IMG/VR virus record: IMGVR_UViG_3300021178_000012
Span: 15,027 to 79,026 of that record
DNA length: 64,000 nt
DNA from: a virus
Direction: 5' to 3' (one strand)
Shown: in pieces, positions 26,649-36,633 of the stretch
How the letters are laid out: each line of letters opens with the position of its first letter
Position numbering within the stretch: position 1 is the first letter of the stretch
The notes under the pieces: generated by a model
Database searches by the model: none
What the model saw: the letters and a program-made list of their open reading frames with translations, nothing else
Told to the model about the DNA's origin: nothing
Program-made: the position numbers and the translations under genes

Positions 26649-27293
26649 AGACTACCATCGAACGCGCCATCCTTGCGGCCCGCGCTGTGGCCGCAACCGA
26701 CGAAGCGAAGCGCGTTGCCAGGACTTCACGAGGCCGACATGGCGTATGGAGCGCCAGCGACGAGAAGGCGCTTCGACAGGGTCGCGTGCGGACAGAGTAC
26801 GGCGACATCCGCCTGCCTGTAGAAGCGGCAGAGAAGTGGTTCCGTGATTGGGGGAAGCCGTGACCGCGAAGGACCTGTATCCGCATGTGTCGCAGCCGAC
26901 CGGGGCGGTTGAGACATGGCGGTTCAAGTGCAAGCACATGGGCACGGTCTACGATGCCGAGGCAAGGAACTGGTTCGATGCGCGAGCCATTGCGTGCGTG
27001 GCGATCGGGTGCGAACCACGCGCGGCGGAACTGGTGGGCACGGTGGCGGAGCTTATGGGGAGGATGGGGGAATGAGCGCGGTCCACATCTACACCACACC
27101 TTCGCAACCCGCCACGAGGTTCGTGTTTGATGCGTGGTCCCACGGTCCGGTTGTAACGGAGTATAGCCCACGCAAACTGATCCAATGCTGGAATTGCAAG
27201 CGCCGCCGATGGGCTAAGAACCTCATTGCGAAGCCATATTACGACTGCACGCAGTTCTTTTGTCTTGAGCGGTGCAAGTGGAGGTCGCGGTGA
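26645..27293 (+). other. Three small hypothetical CDSs: 26645-26863, 26860-27075, 27072-27293
   Basis: Coupled overlaps. Confidence 0.6.
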
Positions 27294-28081
27294 TCCACAC
27301 CGAGCAGTCGATCATGTCGCTCATCCGGAAGAAGTTCTCCGGGAGCGCCTACGTCGTCCTGTCACAGGTACGCAACCAAACGGGGTACGGCCCGCGCACG
27401 CGTACCGCAGACGCCATCGTCATGTCGCTGTGGCCGTCACGTGGGCTCACGCTATCCGGCTTCGAGATCAAGCGTTCAAGAAGCGATTGGAAGGCGGAGC
27501 TCGACCAGCCCGAAAAGGCTGAGGAGATCAGCAGGTTCTGCGACTTCTGGAACGTGGCCGCAGCCCCTGGCGTCGTGGAACTCGGGGAGCTTCCGCCAAC
27601 ATGGGGGCTCTACGTCGTCCAAGAAAAAAGAGAGGAACTGAGGCTGACCCGCGAGGCGGTCATGTCGAAAGAGGTGCAACCGATCACGCGCGGGTTCCTG
27701 GGCGCTCTTCTACGGGCGGCGACGTCGAACACGGTCCCGAAGAGCGAGGTGGACAAGACGATTTGCGATGCGGTTGATCTCGAAGTCGAGAACCGCATGA
27801 GGCGTCAGTCGGTCGACTACACGGCAGAATCGTTCAAGAGGTCGCTCGACTCGGCGTTGAAGCGTATTCAGGACTTCGAAGAGGCTTCAGGCGTCCACAT
27901 CGACGAGTACAACAGCGGACGCATCGGCAAGGCTGTAGCCGGCGTCCTCGGGCGCAGACCGCTGTATGTCGCTGACGCGCTCGAGTCCAATTCTCTGTCC
28001 CTTCAGAAGGCTGCGCAACTCGTCGCCGACGGAGTTCGAGAGCTTCGAGCACTCGAGCAAGGACTGGAGGAGTCGGCATGA
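27290..28081 (+). CDS. MmcB-like PD-(D/E)XK nuclease-fold protein
   Basis: RTADAIVMSLWPSRG..GFEIKRSRSDWKAEL..PEKAE...FCDFW. Confidence 0.7.
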   Translation: MIHTEQSIMSLIRKKFSGSAYVVLSQVRNQTGYGPRTRTADAIVMSLWPSRGLTLSGFEIKRSRSDWKAELDQPEKAEEISRFCDFWNVAAAPGVVELGELPPTWGLYVVQEKREELRLTREAVMSKEVQPITRGFLGALLRAATSNTVPKSEVDKTICDAVDLEVENRMRRQSVDYTAESFKRSLDSALKRIQDFEEASGVHIDEYNSGRIGKAVAGVLGRRPLYVADALESNSLSLQKAAQLVADGVRELRALEQGLEESA

Positions 28082-28449
28082 ACAAAGTTCTCGCCATCAC
28101 AGGCTCCCGCCACTGGACATGCCACCTCACGATCGAGGCATGGCTTCGCACCGTGCCGAAGGGCGTGCACGTCATCCACGGCGCGTGCCCAGATGGCGCC
28201 GACGCCATCGCTGACGAGGTGGCGCAGAGCCTTGGGTTCAAGGTGGTGCGGTTCCCCGTGGAAGAGCAGGACGGCCGCTGGCCTTCAGCGGGACCCATGC
28301 GCAACGAGCGCATGCTCAGGATAGGACGGCCAGGTCGGGTGTGGGCTTTCAGGGCGGGTGGCAAGTCGTCGGGAACCGACGATTGCGTGAGACGGGCCCT
28401 AGCCCGTCGGATCGCGTGCACGACGATTCCGGAGGGGTCGAGGCCGTGA
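28078..28449 (+). CDS. SLOG-family (DUF2493/YspA-like) protein
   Basis: ITGSRHW, VIHGACPDGADAIA, AGPMRNERML, SGTDDC. Confidence 0.8.
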   Translation: MNKVLAITGSRHWTCHLTIEAWLRTVPKGVHVIHGACPDGADAIADEVAQSLGFKVVRFPVEEQDGRWPSAGPMRNERMLRIGRPGRVWAFRAGGKSSGTDDCVRRALARRIACTTIPEGSRP

Positions 28450-28694
28450 CGGGCGAGGTTCTGAAGGAGCGGCTGATGCGGCGTGGTCTTCTCCAGCAGG
28501 TGGAGAAGATCGCGATTGTTCATGCGACGACTATTCACGAGATCGCGTCGTCGAGCCGAATGGCTCACGTAGCCCGAGCCCGTCACGAAACGATGCGTCT
28601 TCTGCGAGCAAAAGGGCTCAGCTACCCGGCAATCGGTCTCATTATGGACAGAGATCACACCACTGTCATGGCCGCATTAAGGAGGAAACTGTGA
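28446..28694 (+). CDS. DnaA C-terminal-like HTH protein
   Basis: ARARHETMRLLRAKGLSYPAIGLIMDRDHTTVMAA. Confidence 0.8.
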   Translation: MTGEVLKERLMRRGLLQQVEKIAIVHATTIHEIASSSRMAHVARARHETMRLLRAKGLSYPAIGLIMDRDHTTVMAALRRKL

Positions 28695-29197
28695 GCGGAT
28701 CGGTCTACTTCATTCGCGCATCGGAAACCGGCCCGATCAAAATAGGATTTACGTCAGGAAACCCTCACGATCGGTCAGCGTCGTTACAGACAGGAAATCA
28801 TGAGAAGCTTGTAATTGTGGCGGTTATTTTTGATGTACTCCCATCAAGGGAGCGTGAACTGCATGAACGGTTTTCCAAGTATAGGCGCCACGGAGAATGG
28901 TTTGATCCTGGCCCAGAACTTGTTGCCTTTATCGATGGCGTCATGGCAGGAGACCCAAAATGTAGGCAGAACTTCTGGCCAGACAATCATTACGAAATTT
29001 CACACGACGAAATGGAAGAAATATTGGCCGAGGTAGTTTCACGTCGCGAATACAAGATCGCTTCGGAAGAACTGACCTCAGATCTGTCTGAGGGCAATGA
29101 CCCAACAGACTCGATAGAGGAAGGTCTCCAAGACAGTCTGGATAAGTATTCACTTGAGCTTGAGCAGCAGGATGTTGACCATCGGAAGGCCAACTAA
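28691..29197 (+). CDS. GIY-YIG (T5orf172/MUG113-like) endonuclease
   Basis: VYFIRASETGPIKIGFTS..R..LQTG..ERELHERF...GEWF; visibly more AT-rich than flanks. Confidence 0.8.
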   Translation: MSGSVYFIRASETGPIKIGFTSGNPHDRSASLQTGNHEKLVIVAVIFDVLPSRERELHERFSKYRRHGEWFDPGPELVAFIDGVMAGDPKCRQNFWPDNHYEISHDEMEEILAEVVSRREYKIASEELTSDLSEGNDPTDSIEEGLQDSLDKYSLELEQQDVDHRKAN

Positions 29198-30202
29198 ATG
29201 GCTGGCCGCATCCGCACCATCAAGCCCGAGGTCCTCGAAGACGAGGAAGCCTGCGCGCTCACCGACACGGCCTGGAGGCTCTGGGTCGGCAGTTGGGTGC
29301 TCGCGGACGACCACGGCCGCTTCAGGGCGGCTGCGCGCTTCCTTGCGTCGAATATCTGGCAAGACACCGGCCGGATGGGCGACGTCGACAAGGCGTTGGT
29401 CGAGCTCGCCCACAAGGGGTTCATCCGAAGGTACAAGGTAGGTGGGCAGGTATATGCCCAGATCAAAGAGAAGGGCTGGAAGACTCACCAGAAGATACAC
29501 AATCCGGGCCAACCTCGTGTTCCTGTCCCGACCGATGACTGCTTCATCGACGGAGAGCGACTCTCAGGACGCGTTGCGGATCTGAACTTCAACAAAAACG
29601 ATGACTTAGAAGAAGTTTCTCGTGATGTCTCAGAGGTTCTCGAGCTTCCTCCGAGAAATTACGAGGACCTCGAAGTCTCTCAACCTTCCCCTTCCCTCGC
29701 GCGTACGCGCGCGCTACGTAGCGCGAGACCTCCGACCTCCGACCTCCGACCTCCGACCTCCGACCAACAAACAAAGGGTCAAGAAGCCACGGAGGTCGAC
29801 CAGGACCCAGGCTCACCTGCCACCGCCGTCTTCAACGCCTACATCGAAGGGTGGAGACGACACGTCGGCAAGGGAGCCGAGCCTAAGCTCACCGACGCCC
29901 GTCGCCGTCTTGTTAGGACCAGGCTGAAGGAGGGCCACTCCATGGAGACGCTCAAGAGCGCCGCCTCCGGCCTATGGGTCTCGACCTTCCACGTCGAGAA
30001 CGGTCACACATCATTCGACCTGGCCATGCGCGACTCCAAGCATGTGGAGATGTTCTCTACGGTGAAGCAAAAGCCAACCGGATCTAGAGCTCCATGGCTT
30101 CCACCGGTTCAGCCTGGCGGCAACTCCACCGCCAAACATGTGACCGGCGAGAATCCGGATCTAACCCGTCTCGACAAGGACACCGATGAACGACCTTTCT
30201 GA
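29198..30202 (+). CDS. Phage replication initiator (lambda O-like organisation)
   Basis: MAGRIRTIKPE N-terminus; low-complexity linker; C-terminal LTDARRRLVRTRL...SFD; upstream of a DnaC-like ATPase. Confidence 0.75.
   Translation: MAGRIRTIKPEVLEDEEACALTDTAWRLWVGSWVLADDHGRFRAAARFLASNIWQDTGRMGDVDKALVELAHKGFIRRYKVGGQVYAQIKEKGWKTHQKIHNPGQPRVPVPTDDCFIDGERLSGRVADLNFNKNDDLEEVSRDVSEVLELPPRNYEDLEVSQPSPSLARTRALRSARPPTSDLRPPTSDQQTKGQEATEVDQDPGSPATAVFNAYIEGWRRHVGKGAEPKLTDARRRLVRTRLKEGHSMETLKSAASGLWVSTFHVENGHTSFDLAMRDSKHVEMFSTVKQKPTGSRAPWLPPVQPGGNSTAKHVTGENPDLTRLDKDTDERPF
29699..29765. repeat. Candidate origin: two adjacent palindromes followed by 5.5 tandem GACCTCC heptamers
   Basis: GCGCGTACGCGC (29699-29710), CGCGCTACGTAGCGCG (29710-29725), (GACCTCC)x5+GACC (29727-29765). 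Confidence 0.7.
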
Positions 30203-30887
30203 AACCGAAGCACATACTCCTGGTCTCACCGGCCTTCTTGGACGCAGAGGTCCGTTCACATGTCGCTGCGGGGCAGCGGTAGGACATCCTGGTGCTTGCG
30301 ACGCGTGCTCTGCCGAGTGGGACCGACAAGCCTTCGAGAAAACGATGCGTCCAGCTCGGGAATCGATTCCGCCGCATTTCCAATGGGCAAAATTCGGAAA
30401 CGAGCTTCTGTTGAAGCGGTGTGGACCCAAATCGATTCGAGCGGTCCTGGACCTCCCTAAACCGCTTGGTATCGGAACGGTGTTCGTGGGTCCGAAGAAC
30501 AGCGGCAAGACATCGCTTGCGTGCGCCGTCCTTCGACGACTTCACGACTGGGCTCGACATGATCGTCCATTCTCTGAAGTGGAGCATGCCCGACGTGCGT
30601 ACTTCGTGTCGGCTCCGGAGCTTATTGAAGCCGCCAATAGATGGGCGGCTGACGAAGATAGAGACGCTGGTCTTCTTCGCCGGGCTCGAAACGCGAGCCT
30701 GCTTGTACTCGACAACGTGGAACCCGGAAAGCTATCTGATCCGGTTGGCAGAATAGTCATGGGCCGCCATAACGCAGATCGCCCAACCATCATTACGACC
30801 TGGATGACCGAATCTGAGGCCGAGTCTTCTTACGGAGGCGGATGGGCACGTCGTGCGTACGACGCGGTTGTGGAGATGGGCTCATGA
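30186..30887 (+). CDS. DnaC/IstB-like helicase-loader ATPase
   Basis: Walker A GPKNSGKT, Walker B LLVLDN, PTIITT; N-terminal Cys motif. Confidence 0.8.
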   Translation: MNDLSETEAHTPGLTGLLGRRGPFTCRCGAAVGHPGACDACSAEWDRQAFEKTMRPARESIPPHFQWAKFGNELLLKRCGPKSIRAVLDLPKPLGIGTVFVGPKNSGKTSLACAVLRRLHDWARHDRPFSEVEHARRAYFVSAPELIEAANRWAADEDRDAGLLRRARNASLLVLDNVEPGKLSDPVGRIVMGRHNADRPTIITTWMTESEAESSYGGGWARRAYDAVVEMGS

Positions 30888-31129
30888 TCGACGACGACCG
30901 AGACCCGTACTGGCCATCACAGGAGGCGCAGCGTATTTCTATGGCTGCCGGCGCTCGAGGGATCCTTGCGAGACTAGGTCCGGCGCCGACCCAATCGAAG
31001 GACACCGCATATCGAGAGCACTTGATGAAACGTCAGTGCACGTGTCCTGTGTGCGTCAGGTTTTCGGATCTTTGCAAGACCTCTTCTTGCGAGGAAGCGA
31101 TTCAAGAGATACTGAGAGGACTCAAGTGA
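30884..31129 (+). CDS. Hypothetical protein
   Basis: Coupled overlaps. Confidence 0.55.
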   Translation: MIDDDRDPYWPSQEAQRISMAAGARGILARLGPAPTQSKDTAYREHLMKRQCTCPVCVRFSDLCKTSSCEEAIQEILRGLK

Positions 31130-32544
31130 CCGACGAACGAGAGTGGAGCGCGTACCAGCAAGCAATCTTCCGCGACGTGGCTGAAGGCGTCGGTCACACG
31201 GTCGTGGTCGCGAGAGCCGGAAGCGGCAAGACGTCGACCATTATGAAGGCGCTCACCTTCGTTCCACCTGGACTCTCAGCCTTCATGGCTGCGTTCAACA
31301 AATCGATCGCCGATGAGTTGAGGGGCCGTGCTCCGCGAAGCGTCTACGTATCCACGCTTCATTCGTTCGGACTCAAGGCATGCGTTAGCGCCTTTGGTCG
31401 TCTTCAGGTAGACAGCCGTCGTGTCGACGTCTTCTGCGATGAGATTCGCGGGACAGCGTTCGGGACCGTTCCGATTAAGAGATCGCTTGCGAAGTGCGTG
31501 TCGCTCGCCAAGGGGTGCCTAGCAACGACGCCAGAAGAGATCGACTGCATCATCGACAGATTCCAACTCGATACCGGGACAACCGCAAAAGAACGGGATG
31601 AGTTCATCGTCGACGTTCTCGAGATCATGGCGATGTGCAAGAAGGTCGACGGCTCGATCGACTTTGATGACATGGTCTGGCTGCCTGTGGTCCACGACCT
31701 GAAGACGTTGCAGTTCGACCGTGTCTTCATTGACGAGACGCAGGATCTGAACCCGAACCAGATTTCTCTCGCTCTCAAGGCCGTCAAAACGACCGGACGA
31801 ATATGCGCCGTGGGCGACGACAGGCAGGCCATCTACGGATTCCGTGGAGCTGACGAGAACGCGGTTCAGAACGTCATCGATCGCCTCGACGCTCACGTGC
31901 TGCCTCTATCGGTAACCTACCGGTGCGCGAAGTCTATTACTGCGGAGGCGAGGACCATCGTTCCAGACATCGAATGGGCCCCCAACGCCGAAGAGGGTCA
32001 AGTCTTCAGGTACGTACCGGCTCAACTAATGCTGAACGAAGCCACGCCGGGCGACTTCGTCCTGTCGAGAGCCAACTCGCCGCTTATCTCGATCTGTATG
32101 TACTTCCTGAAAGCGGGGCGTCGCGCAAACATCCAGGGCCGGGACATCGGCGCTTCGCTTGCGTCGTTCGTGAAGCGATCGAAGTGTTGCGACGTGTCGG
32201 AATTTATCGCCTACGTTGTCGAATGGCGAACGGAGGAATGTAAGCGGCTCGTCCTGAAAAACAGGGACACGACGACCGCGGACGACAGAGCCGAGACGCT
32301 TTTCGCTCTTTGCGAAGGAGCCAGGACGGTTCAGGAGGTTCTTGACCGAATTGAGAACCTGTTTTCTGATGACGGCGGGGAGAAGATTGTTCTGTCGTCG
32401 ACGCACAAGGCGAAGGGCCTCGAGAGGGACCGGGTGTTCGTTCTTGAATCGACGTACCGGAAACGGCCCAGTGTCGAGGAAGACAACCTGTACTACGTGG
32501 CCGTCACGAGGGCGCGTAGGTCGCTCTTTTTGGTGGCCTCATGA
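31126..32544 (+). CDS. UvrD/Rep-like superfamily 1 helicase
   Basis: ARAGSGKT, AFNKSIA, FIDETQD, VGDDRQAIYGFRGA, TYRC, STHKAKGLE, LYYVAVTRAR. Confidence 0.92.
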   Translation: MTDEREWSAYQQAIFRDVAEGVGHTVVVARAGSGKTSTIMKALTFVPPGLSAFMAAFNKSIADELRGRAPRSVYVSTLHSFGLKACVSAFGRLQVDSRRVDVFCDEIRGTAFGTVPIKRSLAKCVSLAKGCLATTPEEIDCIIDRFQLDTGTTAKERDEFIVDVLEIMAMCKKVDGSIDFDDMVWLPVVHDLKTLQFDRVFIDETQDLNPNQISLALKAVKTTGRICAVGDDRQAIYGFRGADENAVQNVIDRLDAHVLPLSVTYRCAKSITAEARTIVPDIEWAPNAEEGQVFRYVPAQLMLNEATPGDFVLSRANSPLISICMYFLKAGRRANIQGRDIGASLASFVKRSKCCDVSEFIAYVVEWRTEECKRLVLKNRDTTTADDRAETLFALCEGARTVQEVLDRIENLFSDDGGEKIVLSSTHKAKGLERDRVFVLESTYRKRPSVEEDNLYYVAVTRARRSLFLVAS

Positions 32545-34307
32545 CTCCCCCGCTCACCAAGGCGCAGCGCGCCGCCCTGGCCCGGTGCCTCGACGAGCCA
32601 GGCAAGGTCCCGTTCAATGTGGCGGTGTGCCTCGTGCCGACAGGCCTCCTTGAGCAGCATGACGTGCTGGCGGGGACCTACCGAACAACGCAGGTGGGCA
32701 GAGCAGAACTGGAGAAGAGCAGATGAAGACCCACCGTGAGGACGACATTATCGCGGCGCTCAATAGGTGCGGCGCCTTTCTTGACCGCGGCAGGTTCGTT
32801 GAGGAACTTCGTGCTGCCAGGCTCGACCGGCTCATTCGTGAGAACCAAGCGAAGCAGAAGGCGGAACTCGCCCAAATCAAAAAGCCGCTTGATGGCTCTG
32901 CAACTGCATGGGCCATTCATATGGCCGCACAAGCTGAATTGACCAAACTGTTCGCCGAGAACGACCGGCTCAGCATGGAGCTTTTCGGATGAGCGGCGCC
33001 GGCATCGCAAAGAAGCCGCCGATTCGCTGGTGCTGGGTGTGCTCACGTAAGTTGCACGCCAACTTCCACCGCGTCGTCCGTGGGCCCGATGGGCACGATC
33101 ACGTCGTGCATGCGCAGTGTGCTGAGGAAGAGCGTCTCGAGATCGTGGACGACGGAAGGAAGAAGCTGTGAGCCTCAGCTATCGAGAGGTGTCGCCCGGC
33201 GTGATCGCGCGTCGTGACGAGTGCACGGACTGCGGCGGCACAGGCCGAGACGATCGCAACCAACCTATGGGATACTGCCATTACTGCGATGATGGCATCG
33301 TAGAGACGTACGAGACGCAGTGCTCGTACTGCGGCGAGTATTGGTGTCAGTGCGACGACGAACAGGAGGCATACCCGTGAATTACGACGACGATGAGGAA
33401 ATGGGCGGACTGAATTGCCACGTCAGCACCAAAGAGGAAGGGACCACCGTCTCGGCCACGGCTGACATTACCCACGTGCGTGAGCACGTGATCGATCAGG
33501 CCATCAGGCGCGCCGTCAAGGCTGAGATCGAGAAGAGAGTTGCCTCGCATGTCGACGAGATCGCCAAGGAGGAGATTCGAGCCCGACTCGCACCGCGTAT
33601 CGAAAAAATCCTCGACGACGGGTGGCCGATGTTTTCCAACTATGGCCAGCCGTGTGGCACCAAAAGGCTCCCGGAGATGATCGCGGACTGGATCAAGGGG
33701 TCGGACGGTTACCAGCGCACCAACATGCAGGGCCTCATCGCGGAGGCCATCCGTAAGCAGCTCGAGAAACCGTTTGCTGACGAGATCGAGGCGGCCAAGA
33801 AGAGGTTCCGTCAGCAGTGCGATGAACTCCTCGGCGGGCAGATCGCGCAGGGCCTTCGTTCGGCCTTTGGGTTGCGATGACCGCCGTAGACGAGCCGCTC
33901 AGCGAGATCTGTCAGCAGCTCCATATGAGCGGGAACGGTTCCTCCGACCTCATGTTCGCCGACGAGCGTGAAGCGATGGTCGCCTATCTACTGAAACGGA
34001 TCGCCGACTGGAAGCTGTCGGACCCGGCGTCAGACGCGTACGACAACGCCGTCAAGGCATTGTTGCGAGCAACAATTGCTGAAGAACCGTACGCGCAGAG
34101 GTGTTCGCGATGAGAGCGTGGCGATCCCCGTCAGAGGAGCGCGAATGCGCCGCCGAGTACATCCACACGTGGGCGATGGCGCTCAAGGGACGCGGATGGT
34201 CCGGCGAGCAGGTCGCCGACAAGATGTTCGACCTGGCGCGAGACATCCGGAACGGAGCAGCGGTTACTGACTCGGTTGTGGCCGAGAGATTGGGGAAGAT
34301 GAGATGA
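32541..34307 (+). other. Small hypothetical CDSs: 32541-32726, 32723-32992, 32989-33171, 33168-33380, 33377-33880, 33877-34113, 34110-34307
   Basis: Continuous ATGA/GTGA tiling. Confidence 0.65.
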
Positions 34308-35044
34308 GAGTCAACGTGTACGCAGAAGAGATGACCGAGCGCGTCGAGATCATCTCGAAGACTATCGACGGTCACGAGTTCACCGGGCTACGGATCTACC
34401 TGGAGCTTCCGGCGTCCCTGCCGAAAGACGTGTACCTCGCGGGCCCAACGCCAGCGGTCAACAGCGCTTACGCGGAGCCTCCCACTGAGACCACGCGGAA
34501 CGTCCAGGGACCGTTCATGCACCGGCCTGGCGACGACGACTCGTCTGCCGTCACGTTCTGGGGCAAGCGCGACCTGCGCGCGGTGCTCCGGAAGATGCTC
34601 GCGCAGCTCGATACGCATTACGGACCTGGCACGCAGAAGAAGGTCGTTTACATCGCACATGCGCTAGGCGCCGGTCCGGACCGCGAGTCAAACCGCGCCA
34701 AGGCCTCACGCTGGGTGGCATGGGCCGCAGAGACGCAGGGTGTCGCACCGGTAGCAGATTGGATCATCCTCTCTGGGCAATGGGACGAGTCTCACCGTGA
34801 CTTCACCGGGCTACGGATCTACCTGGAGCTTCCGGCGTCGATCGATGTAGCTCTCGTCGCTCGCTGCGACGAGGTATGGCTCTGTGGCGGGCGCGTGTCG
34901 CCGGGGATGACCGTCGAGGGGAAAGAAGCGAAGCGGCTCGGTAAGCCGGTCTTCGACCTGAGCGACCTTGGGTCCGAGCCGCCAACCGGTCTCGGGCCTA
35001 ACGAGATGCTAGTCATGACGACAGAATGGGAGGTGCCGCAATGA
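34304..35044 (+). CDS. Two-domain protein; C-terminal domain resembles DUF4406/nucleoside 2-deoxyribosyltransferase-like fold
   Basis: VVYIAHAL...LVARCDEVWLCGGRVSPGM..E...GKPV; contains an internal 38-bp exact repeat. Confidence 0.6.
   Translation: MRVNVYAEEMTERVEIISKTIDGHEFTGLRIYLELPASLPKDVYLAGPTPAVNSAYAEPPTETTRNVQGPFMHRPGDDDSSAVTFWGKRDLRAVLRKMLAQLDTHYGPGTQKKVVYIAHALGAGPDRESNRAKASRWVAWAAETQGVAPVADWIILSGQWDESHRDFTGLRIYLELPASIDVALVARCDEVWLCGGRVSPGMTVEGKEAKRLGKPVFDLSDLGSEPPTGLGPNEMLVMTTEWEVPQ
34379..34839 (+). repeat. Exact 38-bp direct repeat within one gene (34379-34416 and 34802-34839)
   Basis: TTCACCGGGCTACGGATCTACCTGGAGCTTCCGGCGTC twice, both read in frame as FTGLRIYLELPAS. Confidence 0.95.
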
Positions 35045-35256
35045 TCGCCACCATCGACGCCGACGAGTTGGCCTCCCTGCGCGAGGAACTGAAACGCCTC
35101 ACCGACCGCGAGACGGAGCTGCTCGAGAAGAACAGTGAGCTCCGGTTCGAGCTTCAGTCGATGCGTTCCATCTCGGTCTTCATGCGCGACCTCGAGAAGC
35201 ATCTCGCCGAAGGACTCGAGCAATGCATCACCGAGTGCGCGAAGGGGCGGCCGTGA
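35041..35256 (+). CDS. Small coiled-coil protein
   Basis: Coupled ORF. Confidence 0.55.
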   Translation: MIATIDADELASLREELKRLTDRETELLEKNSELRFELQSMRSISVFMRDLEKHLAEGLEQCITECAKGRP

Positions 35257-35828
35257 GTATCCTGGCCGACTCCGCAATCCGCGCCGCGATAGACCGAGGC
35301 GACATCGTCATCGACCCCATGGCGCCGTGGGCGATCGGCTCGAACAGCGTCGACCTGCATCTGTCTAGGCACCTCGCGACGATCGAATGCGACGACCACA
35401 TCACTGGCACGCTGACGACCGAGCGCGAACAGAAGCTCCACCACTTCGACATCGACGACTGCTTCGAGTTGCTTCCTGGCACGCTATACCTTGGCTCGAC
35501 GGTCGAGTGGACGAGTTCGGGCCCGTATGTACCTGTACTCGAAGGAACAAGCGGAGCTGCACGCCTCGGAATATCGGTGCATTGCACGGCCGGCGTCGGG
35601 GATCTTGGATTCGTCGGGGCATGGACATTAGAGATTACGGTGGTAGAGCCGGTCATCGTTTTCGGCGGTGAGCCAATCGCACAACTGCTCTTCCATATTG
35701 TGCAGGGCAAGGTAGAGCATCCGTACGACAAGAAAGTAGGCGGAAGCGGTTACGGCGCCAACCGCGACCCACGCCCGCAGGCTTCGCGCATGTGGCGGAA
35801 GCGCCGATGGCCGGAGCCGTCACGATGA
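35253..35828 (+). CDS. dcd: dCTP deaminase
   Basis: ILADSAI, NSVDLHL, LEGTSGAARLGISVHCTAG.GD.GF.G..TLEI, IAQLLF. Confidence 0.85.
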   Translation: MSILADSAIRAAIDRGDIVIDPMAPWAIGSNSVDLHLSRHLATIECDDHITGTLTTEREQKLHHFDIDDCFELLPGTLYLGSTVEWTSSGPYVPVLEGTSGAARLGISVHCTAGVGDLGFVGAWTLEITVVEPVIVFGGEPIAQLLFHIVQGKVEHPYDKKVGGSGYGANRDPRPQASRMWRKRRWPEPSR

Positions 35829-36034
35829 CCTACGCCTCCTGCCCCGAGCAATGCGGCGGCTGCTCCCGCTGCCGTCCTGAGTTGGGGGACCACTGCGAGG
35901 CGCACGGCCCCGGCTATTCGCCGGACCCGCTGTGCTGCGAGGCCTGCCTCGGCATTGTGGGCCCGACCCCCGCTCTCCGTCTCTCTCTACGAGAGACGCA
36001 GAATGAGGAAGGATCAGACAAATGCCCGTTCTAG
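35825..36034 (+). CDS. Small Cys-rich protein
   Basis: Coupled ORF. Confidence 0.45.
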   Translation: MTYASCPEQCGGCSRCRPELGDHCEAHGPGYSPDPLCCEACLGIVGPTPALRLSLRETQNEEGSDKCPF

Positions 36035-36633
36035 CAAACCTGATCGGCGAAACGTTTGGTAGACTAACGGTTGTCTCTCTTGCCGGGAAAGAGAGAGGCG
36101 CATGGCTGTGGTTATGCTTTTGCGAATGCGGCAAGTACACAACGAGTGAGACGCGTGTCTTGAGGTATGGTCGAAAAAGATCTTGCGGATGTCTTCACTC
36201 CGAATCTTCAAGAGAAAACGTCAAGAAGACCAAAATCGACCCCTGGCATACACATGGTATGACCAAGACCCCGACGTATCGTATTTGGGGTGGCATGATT
36301 GCTCGCGCCACTGGATCTGGCGGTATAGTTGGACGTGAGTGGTACAAGAACGTCACCGTCTGCGAACGGTGGCGTAAGTTCGAGAACTTCTTGACTGACA
36401 TGGGCGAAAGGCCGCCTGGGCTGAGTATCGAGAGAATTGACAACTATAGGGGTTACAGTCCGGACAATTGTCGTTGGGCAACGCCGGCAGAACAGGCTCT
36501 CAATCGGAGGAAGCGCCGATCTAGCCAAGAAGTGAGAGAGGCTCGGGCTCGCATCGAAGAAATGATCCAATCCGGTGAGCTGAAGCCAATCTCTAGGACA
36601 ATAGGTCGGCCACGAAAGGTGAGACATTCATGA
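36022..36633 (+). CDS. Free-standing HNH-type homing endonuclease
   Basis: GETFGRLTV, WLCFCECG, HGMTKTPTY..W..M, VCERW..FENFL.DMGERP, SIERIDN..GYSPDNCRWAT..EQ.NRR. Confidence 0.85.
   Translation: MPVLANLIGETFGRLTVVSLAGKERGAWLWLCFCECGKYTTSETRVLRYGRKRSCGCLHSESSRENVKKTKIDPWHTHGMTKTPTYRIWGGMIARATGSGGIVGREWYKNVTVCERWRKFENFLTDMGERPPGLSIERIDNYRGYSPDNCRWATPAEQALNRRKRRSSQEVREARARIEEMIQSGELKPISRTIGRPRKVRHS

Noticed and set aside
34379-34839. Diversity-generating retroelement TR/VR pair
   Set aside because: Repeats are identical and only 38 bp, and no reverse transcriptase is present.
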